Shown in pieces: positions 25,359 to 36,989 of a stretch of 64,000 nt of DNA (positions are counted from its first letter, which is position 1; each line of letters begins with the position of its first letter). Origin of the DNA: Takakia lepidozioides (taxonomy: Eukaryota; Plantae; Bryophyta); contig CM060731.1 in NCBI GenBank assembly GCA_030704615.1, positions 14,322,001 to 14,386,000 of the forward strand. The letters run 5' to 3'. The position numbers were made by a program, and so were the translations under genes. The notes under the pieces were generated by a model. The model was not told where the DNA came from. It made no database searches and worked only from the letters and a program-made list of their open reading frames with translations.

Positions 25359-26203
25359 CACTACAACATATTGCGGTATTTATGACTGTATATATGACTA
25401 TTCTGCAGTCATAAATGGTACATATGACTTCTATGACTGTAAGTCGTGCAAACCAAGTGAATACAATGAGTACAAGATGGTACGGTCCGGATGACTACAG
25501 TTAGATGAACCAAGTGATATCTCTCACTGCAGTCATATATACCATCATACTGCAGTCGCAGCTGCCGAGCCACGTGGCGAGGCGCAATTGATTAAAAATT
25601 AAATTAAATTTCAAAAACTAAAACAATTAAAAACATATGTCGGACGCCGCGTCGCACCGCATTGTGCCACGCATAATGTATTTTATAATAATGAAAAAAC
25701 CACGTGGAGCCCATCTAGGCTACCACGTGCTATCCCTAGCTCGCCTACTAACCCTAGGACCATCTTATCCATTTGATTGTACTTAGAGGAGTTTGAACCT
25801 GCAACCTCTTTACTATAAGAATTATAGTTCACTACCTGCTAACCAATACACCATTAGTCATTCATGTGATCATATGGTGTTTTAATTGTATTATACACAC
25901 CAAATTACATAATCCCCAGTAGTCATCATGACTATGTAATCTCATCCATGTACACTGTAGTCATGGAAATGACTATGAATGGTGAGCTAAATCTGGTCAA
26001 TTGTCATTGACCAGCCTTCCGCCCATTCCGGAGCCATGTAGTCATACAGACGACTACTTAGATAGTCGTTTATATGACTACAGTCGTATGAACGACTGCG
26101 GGAGGTCAATTTCATATAAAAACATGGTACAGTCATGGTCAAAGTCAAGAAAACCGTGACTACCATGGTTTGGCAGTCATAACTACCGCGATCTGTTGTA
26201 GTG
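25359..26203. mobile_element. CACTA MITE-like element of the same family as 13228-19162, opposite orientation
   Basis: CACTACAACATATTGCGGTA ... TACCGCGATCTGTTGTAGTG; TSD TGC/TGT (one transition). About 180-220 bp at each end match the reverse complement of the Pack-CACTA ends. Confidence 0.88.
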
Positions 26204-27031
26204 TGTAGTAAGCACTCGGACAAAGTCGCAAAATGAAAGATCACTCTCACATCTGCTGTGTTGTCTTTTTCTATGTTGCTGTCATCTGTCTACATTTCCC
26301 CAAATGCCAGACATTCATTAAATCTTATCAAGTGCTTCATGATGGATTTTAGGTACAATTTCTAATGTTTGTGCAAACAACATTGATCGTTGTGCTTGGT
26401 GTTCATAAATGTTAGAATGACATCCTCGCTCAATATTCATCCACTCTATCGTCCATTCACGATATTTCATCCACATTTGTCCACAACTATTCATCCCCAT
26501 TCATCCATACTCGCAGTGTCCCATCCACATTGGCTCTGCTTCACCCTCATTAACTTATCCACAACCATTCTAGACTGATGACAACAACATAAAATACCAA
26601 ATTAGCATGGCATTAAATCATTTGAGGACCATTGTAGACTGATGACCTGGACATTAATACATCCACAACCATTTCAGTCTCTACAAACACTATCATTCTG
26701 CAACATTCACCAACATTCAACTCTCTTCTGCACCTCGTCTCGTCGCCCACACATGGTTCTCTGTCTGCCAAATGCGCAATCCGCGGCTATAGACCCCCCA
26801 TTTGCCTCTTCGGTCCGCGGTTATAGGGCCATGCCTATGAAAATGATGTGGCATGACACGACGTGGCGTCGGGCACGCTGGCGAGGTCGGCTGACGTGGC
26901 GTCAGACCCGTCAGCCAACGTGGCAATAACTGATGATGTGGCGTGAGCCCGCCTATGCTCACGCGCTCTCACGCTCACGCTCTCACGCTCACGCTCTCAC
27001 ACTCACGCGCTCTCACGCGGAAGCATCCCCC

Positions 27032-27965
27032 CCATTGGCCTGTCACGAATTCGGCCTGCCAACACTCCTGCTTATGTTGGGCATTTCGACGTTTGGGGAG
27101 GAGGTCTACACATAGACCCAAATTGCGACCCAGTTGAATCTGATGTTGTTCACAACTATGTGGATGCGTCCCAGACTCTGAAAAAAACTGGAGGAATTCC
27201 ATGGAGAGGTGCCCGAAAGGAGTCGCCCGCGTTCATGCAGACCTTCATTGAGACATGCAGCCGGCATGGTGGCAAAATGGTTGACCTCTCCATGGGCACA
27301 AGTGCATGCCGAAACTCTTCTCCATTCTTCGTTGCACATGTTCCTCTCCTGTTTTGGCTTGTGACATGGTTTTGTGCTTTCATTCGCTATCCTGCAGGGG
27401 CTTCGTTCCATGCCTGCAAGTGTGTAGGAAGACATCTTTTTGGGTTTGAGGGGGACGAGGAGCTTTACTCTCGGGTCATCGCTCCACTCTATGAGGGATC
27501 CTCGCATTCGACCCAGACTGAGAAGATTGTGGAGGAGCAGGATCTGCAAGAGCCGGATGCTCTAGATGTGGATTGGGATTTTTCATGTGAGTAAGTGCTT
27601 GTTCTTTTGTGGCAACTCATAGATCCCATGACGGATCCTGTTGGCGTTCCTTTTTGTGGCTGAAGTTTGGCTTCTAGAGTATTTAAGAAGTTTACTCATT
27701 ACTGTGTGGTTGCACGAGTCATATGACGCCACGGTTTCTGTCGTTCTTTGCCAACCCGGATTTTTTCCCAAGTCCTCCAGCACAATTTCATTTGCCATCT
27801 TATGCGGAGGCTGCGGCTAAGGAGTATAGTCTGCTGGCATCTCCCCCTTCTCTGCTTCACGAAAGACATGGTTTTCAGCAGAGCAGGGCTAGCATCTTTG
27901 TGGATAGTTCTACCTTCGTCCTGAACAGTGCGTCTTGTAGTAGTGGATCTTCTTTGTCCGAATGA
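27032..27965 (+). pseudogene. 3' exons (methyltransferase motif I region and tail) of a ParB-MTase partner gene, probably copy A
   Basis: GGGLHIDPNCDPVESDVVHNYVD...PWRGARKESPAFMQTFIETCSRHGGKMVDLSMGT|GASFHACKCVGRHLFGFEGD...DFSCE and a last exon SPPAQFHLPSYAEA; homologous to 23498-24350. Confidence 0.85.
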
Positions 27966-29115
27966 ATCGATTCTTGTGAAGGGTTTGTTTAAAAACAACG
28001 AGTTCACCTGTATGCCTTCTTTATGATTGGATGTGAGCCTCTCTCTCAACCTTGTATAACTGGGAAAATGACATGTGGTCCTTCTCAATCAACAAAACAA
28101 TGTGGACTCAAAGTTTGCAATATACACTGCACCCGACATAATTGATTTTCAAGCAAGACAAGCATGGTTTCATGGATTTCGGAGCTCAAGGGTTTTGGGA
28201 GCTACCACTACAAACAACTATCTATTCTTTCATTTATGTCATTCATCCACCTCTCATTCGTTATACAGACATTCATCCGACATTCATCCCTCATTCATCC
28301 AAACAACATCCATATCCGACCTTGTGATACTGGCCACTCTGCACAGTAATAGGTCTTCTAAATCGACTGGACGTCCGCGGTTATAGGTAGGCAGGTCCTC
28401 AAGCTGAGCAGATTTCTGCTCACGCAATTTTCTGCTCGCGGGATCTGCGCACACAATAGCATCCCCCCCCAAGGTGGGTGCATTTGAGGATGCAAAGCAA
28501 GGAACTTATGTGTACTCTGCTTATGTACTGGGTGTGGCAGGGAGGCTTTGGAGATTGTGAATGGGTGATGCCTGATAGGTGAACCTCATGTGTATTCTGA
28601 TGTTTGTGCCAGTCTTTGAGCACTGAAAAAGTGCAGATGGATCTGTATGTATTTGTAAGCCTATACGTTCCGATGTGAGGTTCTCTGGTTTTATGACAGG
28701 AACAAAACAATTGTGAGCAGGAAGTGAAGGGTCATCTCCTATTGGAATTCCTCAATCAGCATAGCTGGGCTTGAATCAAACATCAATGGACCAGGCCTTT
28801 CGTCTTCACTAGGTGTTGTTGCTAAAAAAATAACCAATTGTGAGAGGGTCCCTAATCGAATGATGCTTCTAGGTACAGGTGAAGTAGAGGAATATAACAT
28901 AATATTACATCGCACTTTGCACCTAACTTCCCAACAAAACGGCGTAGCATCAACCTTGGTCTGAGAGAGAAAGCCACAGTTCTCTATATAGATTAGCGTG
29001 ATTAAATTTAAAGTCGCACTCTTAGGGTTTCATTCTCCTCAAAAACCCACCGATATATACTTTCAGCTGCACCCGCCTCTCTCTCTCTCTCTCTGCACCA
29101 TACATACAAACAACC

Positions 29116-29820
29116 ATGTCAACGTCGGAAATAGCCGACACAATAGACATTGTAACGGACCAACAAATCCAGGAAATAACCCACCAAGACATGACAAAAG
29201 AGAAATACGACAGTTTCACGTCCAATGACCATCATGTCCTAAAGGTGGGGAACACATGGAAGCGCCTGCCCTATAGTACAAACTTCCACAACGCCTTGTG
29301 GAACGTCCCTTCGGACCATGAAGAAATAGCAATCTTCGTAGGTATTGCAAAATTCCCCTACCTTGGCAAAACCGGGAATGACAGATTCGTGACTTTCGCC
29401 GAAGAACTAAAAGACGCAAAATTCACAATATTGATAGAAGAGAACCATTTCCTGTTCGACTACGCAAATACAATAACGGAATGGTCCGATAATTGGAGGA
29501 GGAGAGGCGAGGACATGAGGTGGATGGGTGGAAACAACATGAGCTTCATGAAAAAGCTCCTAAAAACTAAAGCAAACAACTCTGGCTCGACGTCCGGTAA
29601 CAACAAACGTCAAAAAACAAACAACGACGAGATGTACAATACAATAGAAGTCCTTAACGAAAATGGCCAAAAAATGGATGGAGAATCCGTATGTTCAGGG
29701 CATCTCGTTGCAGTCAAGTGTAACATCCGATATTGGATGAATTTCCGTCACAAGAAACACGGGCTTTCATTCCAACTAAAAGGGGTCAAACTGTTGGCCA
29801 AAGCACGACAGGAGACATAG
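29116..29820 (+). CDS. Intronless 234-aa protein, putative OB-fold ssDNA-binding protein (T7 gp2.5-like)
   Basis: Intact ATG-to-TAG ORF with TATA-like and CT-rich sequence upstream. GIAKFPYLGKTGNDR and VLNENGQKMDGESVCSGHLVAVKCNIRYW...GLSFQLKGVKLL follow the gp2.5-type strand pattern (recognised from memory, not searched). Confidence 0.55.
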   Translation: MSTSEIADTIDIVTDQQIQEITHQDMTKEKYDSFTSNDHHVLKVGNTWKRLPYSTNFHNALWNVPSDHEEIAIFVGIAKFPYLGKTGNDRFVTFAEELKDAKFTILIEENHFLFDYANTITEWSDNWRRRGEDMRWMGGNNMSFMKKLLKTKANNSGSTSGNNKRQKTNNDEMYNTIEVLNENGQKMDGESVCSGHLVAVKCNIRYWMNFRHKKHGLSFQLKGVKLLAKARQET

Positions 29821-30316
29821 TCAAACGACGACTATTGGAGCAAAAGCATAGCTTGGTAGAGCTTAAATTAGACACATCTAAACGTTCCATGTCAGGGCCA
29901 CCATATTTTATAAAGACCGTCCTCCTTCTCCTCTTTAAAAAGTCTACATTTTGTCCCAATGCATGCTCACAACGGATAATAAAAAAATACTGATTTATCA
30001 TAGTCCAAATCTACTTGTTGTACCAAGACGACCCATGGAAAACCCCAACCCCCCCCCCACCAATCGGAACTGCGTGACCGACATTTTGGCAGGCTGCATG
30101 ATCCGTACTCTACGATCCTCGAGTATGGCCATCCGTCCGGACGTCCTTCTCAAAAGTCGTCGCTAGTAGTGCGGAACAACGCGAAGCCCTAGTATATAAA
30201 AAAAAACTACAGTTTGTTGACAGGGAGGAGGTTGTGGTTTGGTGGTAGATCGATGCTGATGTGGCTATGTAGGTCTAGGGTTCCATTCCCTGAACATGCT
30301 TCCTTTGGTAGGCGGT

Positions 30317-30565
30317 GACTACAACTACTTACATGGAGGTGATATATAACTACTCTCATGTAGGTGGTAGTTTCAGCTTGGTTTTGCAACGCGGTGACTA
30401 CAACTACCTACATGGAGGTGGTATGTAACTACTCTCATGTAGGTAGTTTCAGCTTGGTATTGCAACTACCTTCATGTAGAAAATCCTTAAACTACCTGCG
30501 TGGAGGTAGTTGTAAATATCATATGCCAAAAAAATTCGAAGTCCTGGACGCATGAAGGTAGTTTG
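30317..30565. repeat. Degenerate tandem of imperfect inverted repeats AACTACCT.CATG.AGGT.GT
   Basis: About six related units, e.g. AACTACCTGCGTGGAGGTAGTT at ~30490; probably transposon subterminal sequence. Confidence 0.6.
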
Positions 30566-30941
30566 TTCCTATATTAATGAGACGGCGGGCCCCATCGTCT
30601 CACCAGCCTCATTACGAGGGGCCACACAAAATTCTGAGCCATATGTTATTATTAGGAGCCATATGTTATTGTTGTGAGGCTGGCTCCCACACATCCATGC
30701 TATAGTAATCTATGAGCCTTGAGGCATATTACTATTGTTAACATGTTTCAGAATTGATATTGAAGAATGGAACTCAATTTCTATTTTAATTCTTATGTTA
30801 AATGAGCAATAATATTCATGGTACTTTTTGAAGGAATGTGTCCTAAAATAAAATTCATTATTAGGATTTAATTTTATTTCAGCCAAAAATAATTTTATCC
30901 TTAATTAATCTTAATTTTCTAATTTATTTAATAAATTAACT

Positions 30942-31110
30942 AGGACCCGGATCCGAACCCGTGAACCCGCTAATATTTTCCAATAACTACCCGGACCCTG
31001 CTGAGTCCGTGTTGAGAAACCCGGACCCGAACCCGGATCCAGACCCGGACTAGGCTCCAAAAAAATACCCAAACCCGAACCCGGCGGGTTCCTTAAAAAG
31101 GCACAACCAT
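30942..31110. repeat. ACCCGG/ACCCGAACCCG cluster resembling a hAT subterminal region
   Basis: Multiple ACCCG(G/A) motifs ending near CAACCATAG after an AT-rich stretch; matching end and TSD not found. Confidence 0.4.
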
Positions 31111-32232
31111 AGTATAGAGCATGATATATATTGCCCCTAGTATCGTATTGCCTGGGCATTGGCCACCCTACCTACCAGCCAGGTAGGACCTACCCGGGTT
31201 GATATCAGTATTGATACCCGGGTTGGACCCAACGTTTTTTTTTCATTTAAGAACTTGAGCCATGTTGGCTCCTGGCTGGCCTATGAGGAAGATCAATTGG
31301 CGACTCTGTGGCATGTGATCTCGAACCGGTGGCTACTGTCAAGAATGTTTGATGAGTTTTATGCGAACTCAACTCATGTAGTGTTCGGTTTGTGGGAGCG
31401 ACAAGGGAGGTAATTTTTTCCAAGTAACAACGACACTGCATATTGCAAAGCCTAGCACAACTCTGTCACATGGATACAATCCATTGACAAATATGACTAA
31501 TCTTGTCCAAGATCAGCAACTCTGCTCAAAGCCTCAGGGATGCCTCGGCGTGAGCCTGGTCACGTGAGCGCGTGAGCACAACTGCGCTCACGCCACGTCA
31601 CCTTGCGCAAATGCCACGTCACGGGGCTCACTCCACGTCATCACACGTGAAGGCCGCGTCACCACGCGCCCAGAAAGAAGTGGAGTGTATTCCCGCGGAT
31701 TGGCACCCTTTACCGCGGAAACAAGCTGGACGACATAATAAAAGGCATTGAATAAAGGATGGATGAATGTACAGTTGGATGATAAACAGATGGATGAGTG
31801 TGAAAAATGAATGTAGATGGATGAATGAGGGATGGATAAGAGTAAAATGGATGAATGTATAATGGATGTTGAGCAATGACAAAAATTCATGACAGGAAGA
31901 TGCATGACCAAAACTTTTGACAAATGCACAACGTATATGAAATGAGTGTGGAAGGTTTGTGGGGTGGATTAAAGAGTACAGAGGATGAATGTACAATGGA
32001 TGTTGAACAAAGGAAAAAATTCATGAATGGAGCACGCATGAATACACTGTAGATGAATGCACAATGGATACGAGAAGAGTCAGGGAGGTTTGTGAGATGG
32101 ATTCATACATATTGCAATTTAAATGAAAGTTGATTCTGTGATTATTATTTGTTCTAAAGGAACAACTACGGTGGAGGAAGGGGATTCAACGTTTTCCAGA
32201 TAGTATGAAAATGAATATTAAAAGAATACAGT

Positions 32233-35200
32233 TCAGTCTGACTCGGAGTCAGTACAATGTATCCCCGCTTCCTCTGCATCTAAGTCTAAGTATTTTAGAA
32301 CACCGGATCCACGCTGGATACACCTACGGCTGGCCACTAAAAAGTCAGGGGATAGGGACTCGGCCGCGTGAAGTGCCATTGCTTCGGCATAAACAGGAAG
32401 CAGAAAATTGGAAAGGGGGCTGTCGAAAACAGACTCGCCAGAAATGGTTTATACTCGATTATAACACATTCTACTAGAGTGGAGCTGCAGAGAACATTGA
32501 AACTCATCATGAAAGCACAAGCAGAAGGGAGACGGCATACCAGCTGACCAGGGAAACCCCCTTTCACAAGGTAGAGGCTGTTCACACAATTCCATGTGCG
32601 CAAAACTTCAAACCCTGAAGACTTGAGGTATGATGCCAATGCCCGACGACTATCATTGTCACATGACTGAAAAAGCAGAAGTGTCCCTGCATCAGAGAGG
32701 AAGTTGTTACAGAACCCGAACACCCAACTCCAGTAGTTGTCCTCGAATTTGTTCCAGCCTGGCGTCTTGCCCTTTGGAAGAACTTCTGGCACAGCCTGGC
32801 CATCCGGGATGTCGAGAATGACAATGTCGGCCGCATAAGTTTTCTGCACACCGCACACGAAGGTGGGACCTGTGCTCACCTGCAACAGACATGTTTTTTA
32901 TAAGAACGATGGCAAGAATGTTTTCAAAGAACGAGACTGAAATACTGCCAACGAAACTTTCAGAGAAAAAGGAAAGAAACTGGAATTCTCACCAGATTGA
33001 GGAATGAGATTATATTGTCCCAGGTAGGGGATGACACCCCAGTGTATCCTCTCTTTCGACTCTGCATCATCGACAGCCAACCCTCATTAACAATTTTCAT
33101 CTCTCCTGCCGAATCAGAACGGGAAGGGTGTGGCTTGGCATCGAACACGCACTGAACAGTGCGGGTATATCTTCCAACAGTAAAGTCCTGCCCACTCTCC
33201 ATCTCCTTTTCTTTCTCCTTCCCCTTGTCCTTTTCCTTCTCTTTGGACTTGTCTTTGTCCTTTGGCTTTGCTGGTGAGATGGCTATGACATCAACAGCCT
33301 TGTCTTTTGGTTTGCGGCCCGCATTCTTTCCCTTCTGCGGCGTTCCCTGAGCATCAGGCTCCTTGGCAGCCAATGTTGCTATGTTTCGTTGGTACTCTTC
33401 GTCAGTCAAAGGCGCCAACATCTTAGCGTTATTGTTCAAGTATTTCATATGCTGTTCTTGAAAGGTCGTGTGCTCCGGTGGGCAGTCAAGGTACCAGCCA
33501 CAGTCTCTGAAGTGAGAAGGACTCTAGTCCTTCAATATCCTTGCAGTATACATGGTTGGATCGTTTGCAGGGTCCGACCACATGTCAAGATAGTCTGGAA
33601 ATTCCGTTCAAGTGATTTCCTTCCATAAGCACATATTTCGTGTACCTGAAAAAAAGAGATAAATCCCAACCCACAAAAGCGCTCAGTGAGTAAGATGCAA
33701 GTAGAACAGAATGAAAAAAACATAGATTGAAATGGCTCTGAGAACTGCTCCAAGGACCTTCCAGGACCACGCGACTGCTCCAGATGTGAATGTCGTCAAC
33801 GCCATTCAAAACATTCCATTCAATGATACTGTAAATACACCCTAATCCAGGTGAATGCAAACTATCGTTTTGGAATGACACAAACATAGAAGTGAATGTC
33901 GTCAACGACATTCACTAATCAAGCCTAATTATTCCTCAAGTGAAGCAAAATCACAGGATGGAAATCATAAACTCGAGTAAGGAACCCTCCAGGAAAACTC
34001 AATGCACATTCATAACGAACATATCACTGAGGACCTCACAACAACACTGTATGTGAATGGCGTCAACGCCATTCAAAAAAATACAAAAAAGAAACCAATT
34101 ACTTAGCTCCCAATCCATGTAAATTCAAAGTGTCGCTGTTGAATAATACAAACACAGAAGTGAATGTCGTCAACGACATTCACTTTGGATTTCTCATAAC
34201 AGAGCTTATCAAGCCTCCAGATTCCTCGCAAGAGGCAAAAACAATGCAGAACAACTGAGTGTCTGCATTGACATTCAGCAAAATGAAGTGAGGAACCCTC
34301 ACTGTAACCTCTATGGACATTACAAAAATTTACATAACTCTGAGGACCTCTCAACAACTCCGGATGTGAATGTCGTCAACGCCATTCAAGGACATTATCA
34401 ATTCTAATCAGGGACACTATAATTACACCCTTAGATCCTAACCAGGTGAATTCATATACTCGCTTAAGAATGACTCAGACAAATAAGTGAATGTCGTCAA
34501 CGACATTCAATCTGGATCTATGATTGCAATCCTTATGAAGCCACATTTTTTCCCAAAAAAAGCAATAGAGTTTCAAGTATGACATTGCACCTGTACACAA
34601 CTCGCATCATGGCCCACTCTCCTCCAACCTGACTGTCAAAGTCGTTGGACCGTAAAATGTTACCATCTTTGGAGAACTCCCGGAAAAAACAGTATCTCCA
34701 GGTGAGACCTCACCACTTCCTTATGTATGCCTCCAATGACATTTGGGGAGGGGAAACAATCGAAATGTTCAGGTCCTTCAAAGTCTGATCCAACACAATG
34801 ACGGCGCGCTTTTCGAGCTGCAAATAGTATATTTGTCAGAATTGCAAATAAGATACTTATCACATACTTGAAGAGAAGAAAACAACATGTTTGAATACAC
34901 ACCTGACTCCAAAATGTAGCCTTGTGGAGCCAGTTATCAAACACCAAATCACTGATTCCTTCCACCTTTGTGCCAGGCTGTATGGTGCTATTTGGGAACT
35001 GATTCAAGTCCTTTACTGTTTGATCTGAGTTCCATATCTCCAGCCACCTTATTTTTGTTTGTGGGTCGACCATCGATATGGCCAGCCGGTGCAATTTCTC
35101 CTGCTCCATCTCCGGATGCACATGCTTGTCATAGTGTGTTTTGATCTGCTGAAGGAACTCAGGACCAAGTCCAGGATCTACTATTCTAAGCTGCTTTCCG

Positions 35201-36989
35201 AAGGCGGACATCAATTTGGTTCTTCGCATTTCAAACTCCTTCTTTATTGCAACTTCCACACCCTTTGATGTCCTTAGTTCCTCTGGTGTAGTGCGGTAAT
35301 ATTCGGATTTTCCCTTCTCAGCTGCCTCTGCCAGTTCTTGCTGCATTGATTCAAGTAGTGATTAGCTCCGAAGGGACTACAAACATGTATTCGAAAAGTA
35401 AACAGAGTACAGACTCGGGCTTACCGCATACATGTATTCCAGAAACGCCTCTCGTGTCAAAGAATACCAAGTGCCTGCAGCTCTTCCTGTTTTGCACTTC
35501 TTGATGATATTGGGTGGTAGTACTGTCCGAAAATCATCCAGCTTCATCAGACCAATCCTCTGAATTCGGAATAGTGTGTGAACCAAGCTTGTTGTCACAT
35601 GCGATTTCTCTGTCGATCTGCAAAAACATTGGAAACATTGCATTCCTTAACACTGTTTTTTGAGGATTAATAAGACACTACAGAGGGAATGAAATCTCCT
35701 GGATGACTTACTTGTTCACGTCGTGCATAGCTGTAAGAAGCCTAGCGATGTCGTTTCCAGGATCCAAAACCATTGCCTCCACAGCAACATGCTTGTCTTT
35801 GTCTTTCGCATGGTGTTTCTGAATGTATCCCATCCATGCCAGCAATCGGTGGTTGTCGTCCCAGACATAGAACATGTGGTTGCAGAATTGCTGGGTGTTC
35901 TTTCCCATCATGAGGCCCAACTCGAACTCCTCATTGACATCTTTCCAGCACTCATCCCAGTTATCACTGATCTCTGGAGACACTAATGTGCTTTTCCCAT
36001 TTATATCCGTCAGTGACACATAAAAAACTTGTGCACCAAGTCTATATCCATGCACAAAATCACTCTCCAATTTTGTTATGCCATGGGAAAGAGGTGGACG
36101 CACAACAGGCATTGATATCATCCGGCATAGAGGGATGTTCAGACGCCCTCCAGATACGAGCATGTCCCTTATAACCTCCTGAGAGTTTACCTTCTAGAAT
36201 GACATGAGTTCTTTCACCTTGTCAAGGTAGTGCACTTCAGATTCATCTGCTTCATCTGTATTCTCTGAGCTTTTTGCGGACTCGTCCCCATCTCCAGATC
36301 CTCTCCCCTCTGATCCTGTAGGCTTCGACCTCACAGTTTTCTGCACGATGCCATTCAGTTCTGACTGAGTAATTTGCAAATAGTGAATGGCGGTAACGAC
36401 CATCACTCTGTCTCAAAGAAACTCACTATGAATGGTGTGAAACAATTCAGCACAATCTACACAAGCAAAGCTGATATTGCCGTATTCAAAACAAAAGCGA
36501 GAGCGATAGCGAACGGCGTTAACGACAATCACAAAAGATAAGGACCTGCCGGATCGGTGTTGTGTAATGACATCTATGTGCAACTGATTGGCGGCAACGA
36601 CATTCAGTATAGTTTAGGACGGACAGTAAGTGCAGATTATTCAGATTGACTCCACTCAATCTCTACGCATATCTTCAACAATGAAATGTAAGGTAGATAA
36701 AACTTACTGGCGCCTTCTTAGGTTTTGAAATTGGATCCCCTTCTGCAACTTTCCTCTTCCCTCTCACATCTGCTGGAATTTCTGTCTGCTCTAGGGTTTC
36801 TGGACCTTCTCCTGTGCTTCCACCTCCTTCAGTGTCCCTGCGAATCATCTTTGCCTCCAAAGGCTGGCGCAATCTTATCGCCGACTGTGTCACAGCCGCT
36901 GCCTTAGTGTCCGTCTGCTCTTCAGAATCAGTCTCCGTGTTCACCTGCTGCCTTGGCCCTGTGTTCTCCAACAAACGACGCCTCGTCAT
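32233..36989 (-). pseudogene. ParB-methyltransferase partner gene of copy C (motif I exons missing)
   Basis: IPLCRMISMPVVRP...FYVWDDNHRLLAW...AMHDVNK; QLRIVDPGLGPEFL; AADIVILDIPDG...FLSDAGTLLLF; last exon SPLSNFLLPVYAEA...DSESD. Splice positions match copy B. Confidence 0.82.
33786..34509. repeat. Intronic array of palindromes GTGAATGTCGT-CA-ACGACATTCAC (copy C type)
   Basis: Six copies at 33786, 33892, 34053, 34160, 34366 and 34487, arranged as three ~270-310 bp units of two; degenerate copies in intron 1 at ~36385, ~36512 and ~36586. Confidence 0.92.

Larger units (their letters stand above)
2000..27031 (-). mobile_element. Two-gene MULE-like element, copy B (transposase-side terminus missing; carries nested insertions)
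   Basis: Transposase on the minus strand and partner gene on the plus strand, divergent as in copy C. The right end has TGACGTGGC and (CTCACG)n repeats and ends GCATCCCCC at 27031, directly abutting mid-exon coding sequence of another partner gene. Left boundary is approximate. Confidence 0.75.
1..28467 (+). mobile_element. Two-gene MULE-like element, copy A (left part outside window; interrupted by copy B)
   Basis: Partner-gene exons at 1-1990 and 27032-27965 flank copy B. The terminus ...GCATCCCCC at 28459-28467 is the same end type as B (27023-27031) and C (CAGGGATGC at 31535). It is preceded by the subterminal motif GTCCGCGGTTATAGG (~28372) and a TTCATCC-rich tract. Joining the two halves into one element is inference. 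Confidence 0.6.

Noticed and set aside
13228-26203. A single 13-kb CACTA macro-transposon carrying the ParB-MTase gene
   Set aside because: The outer flanks (CTC vs TGT) do not match, whereas each inner pairing has its own TSD. The gene is MULE-linked without CACTA ends in copy C.
33786-34509. CRISPR-like array (palindromic repeats with spacers)
   Set aside because: Spacers are 80-185 bp, unequal and partly repeated in higher-order units; no cas genes; lies in a spliceosomal intron of a plant transposon gene.
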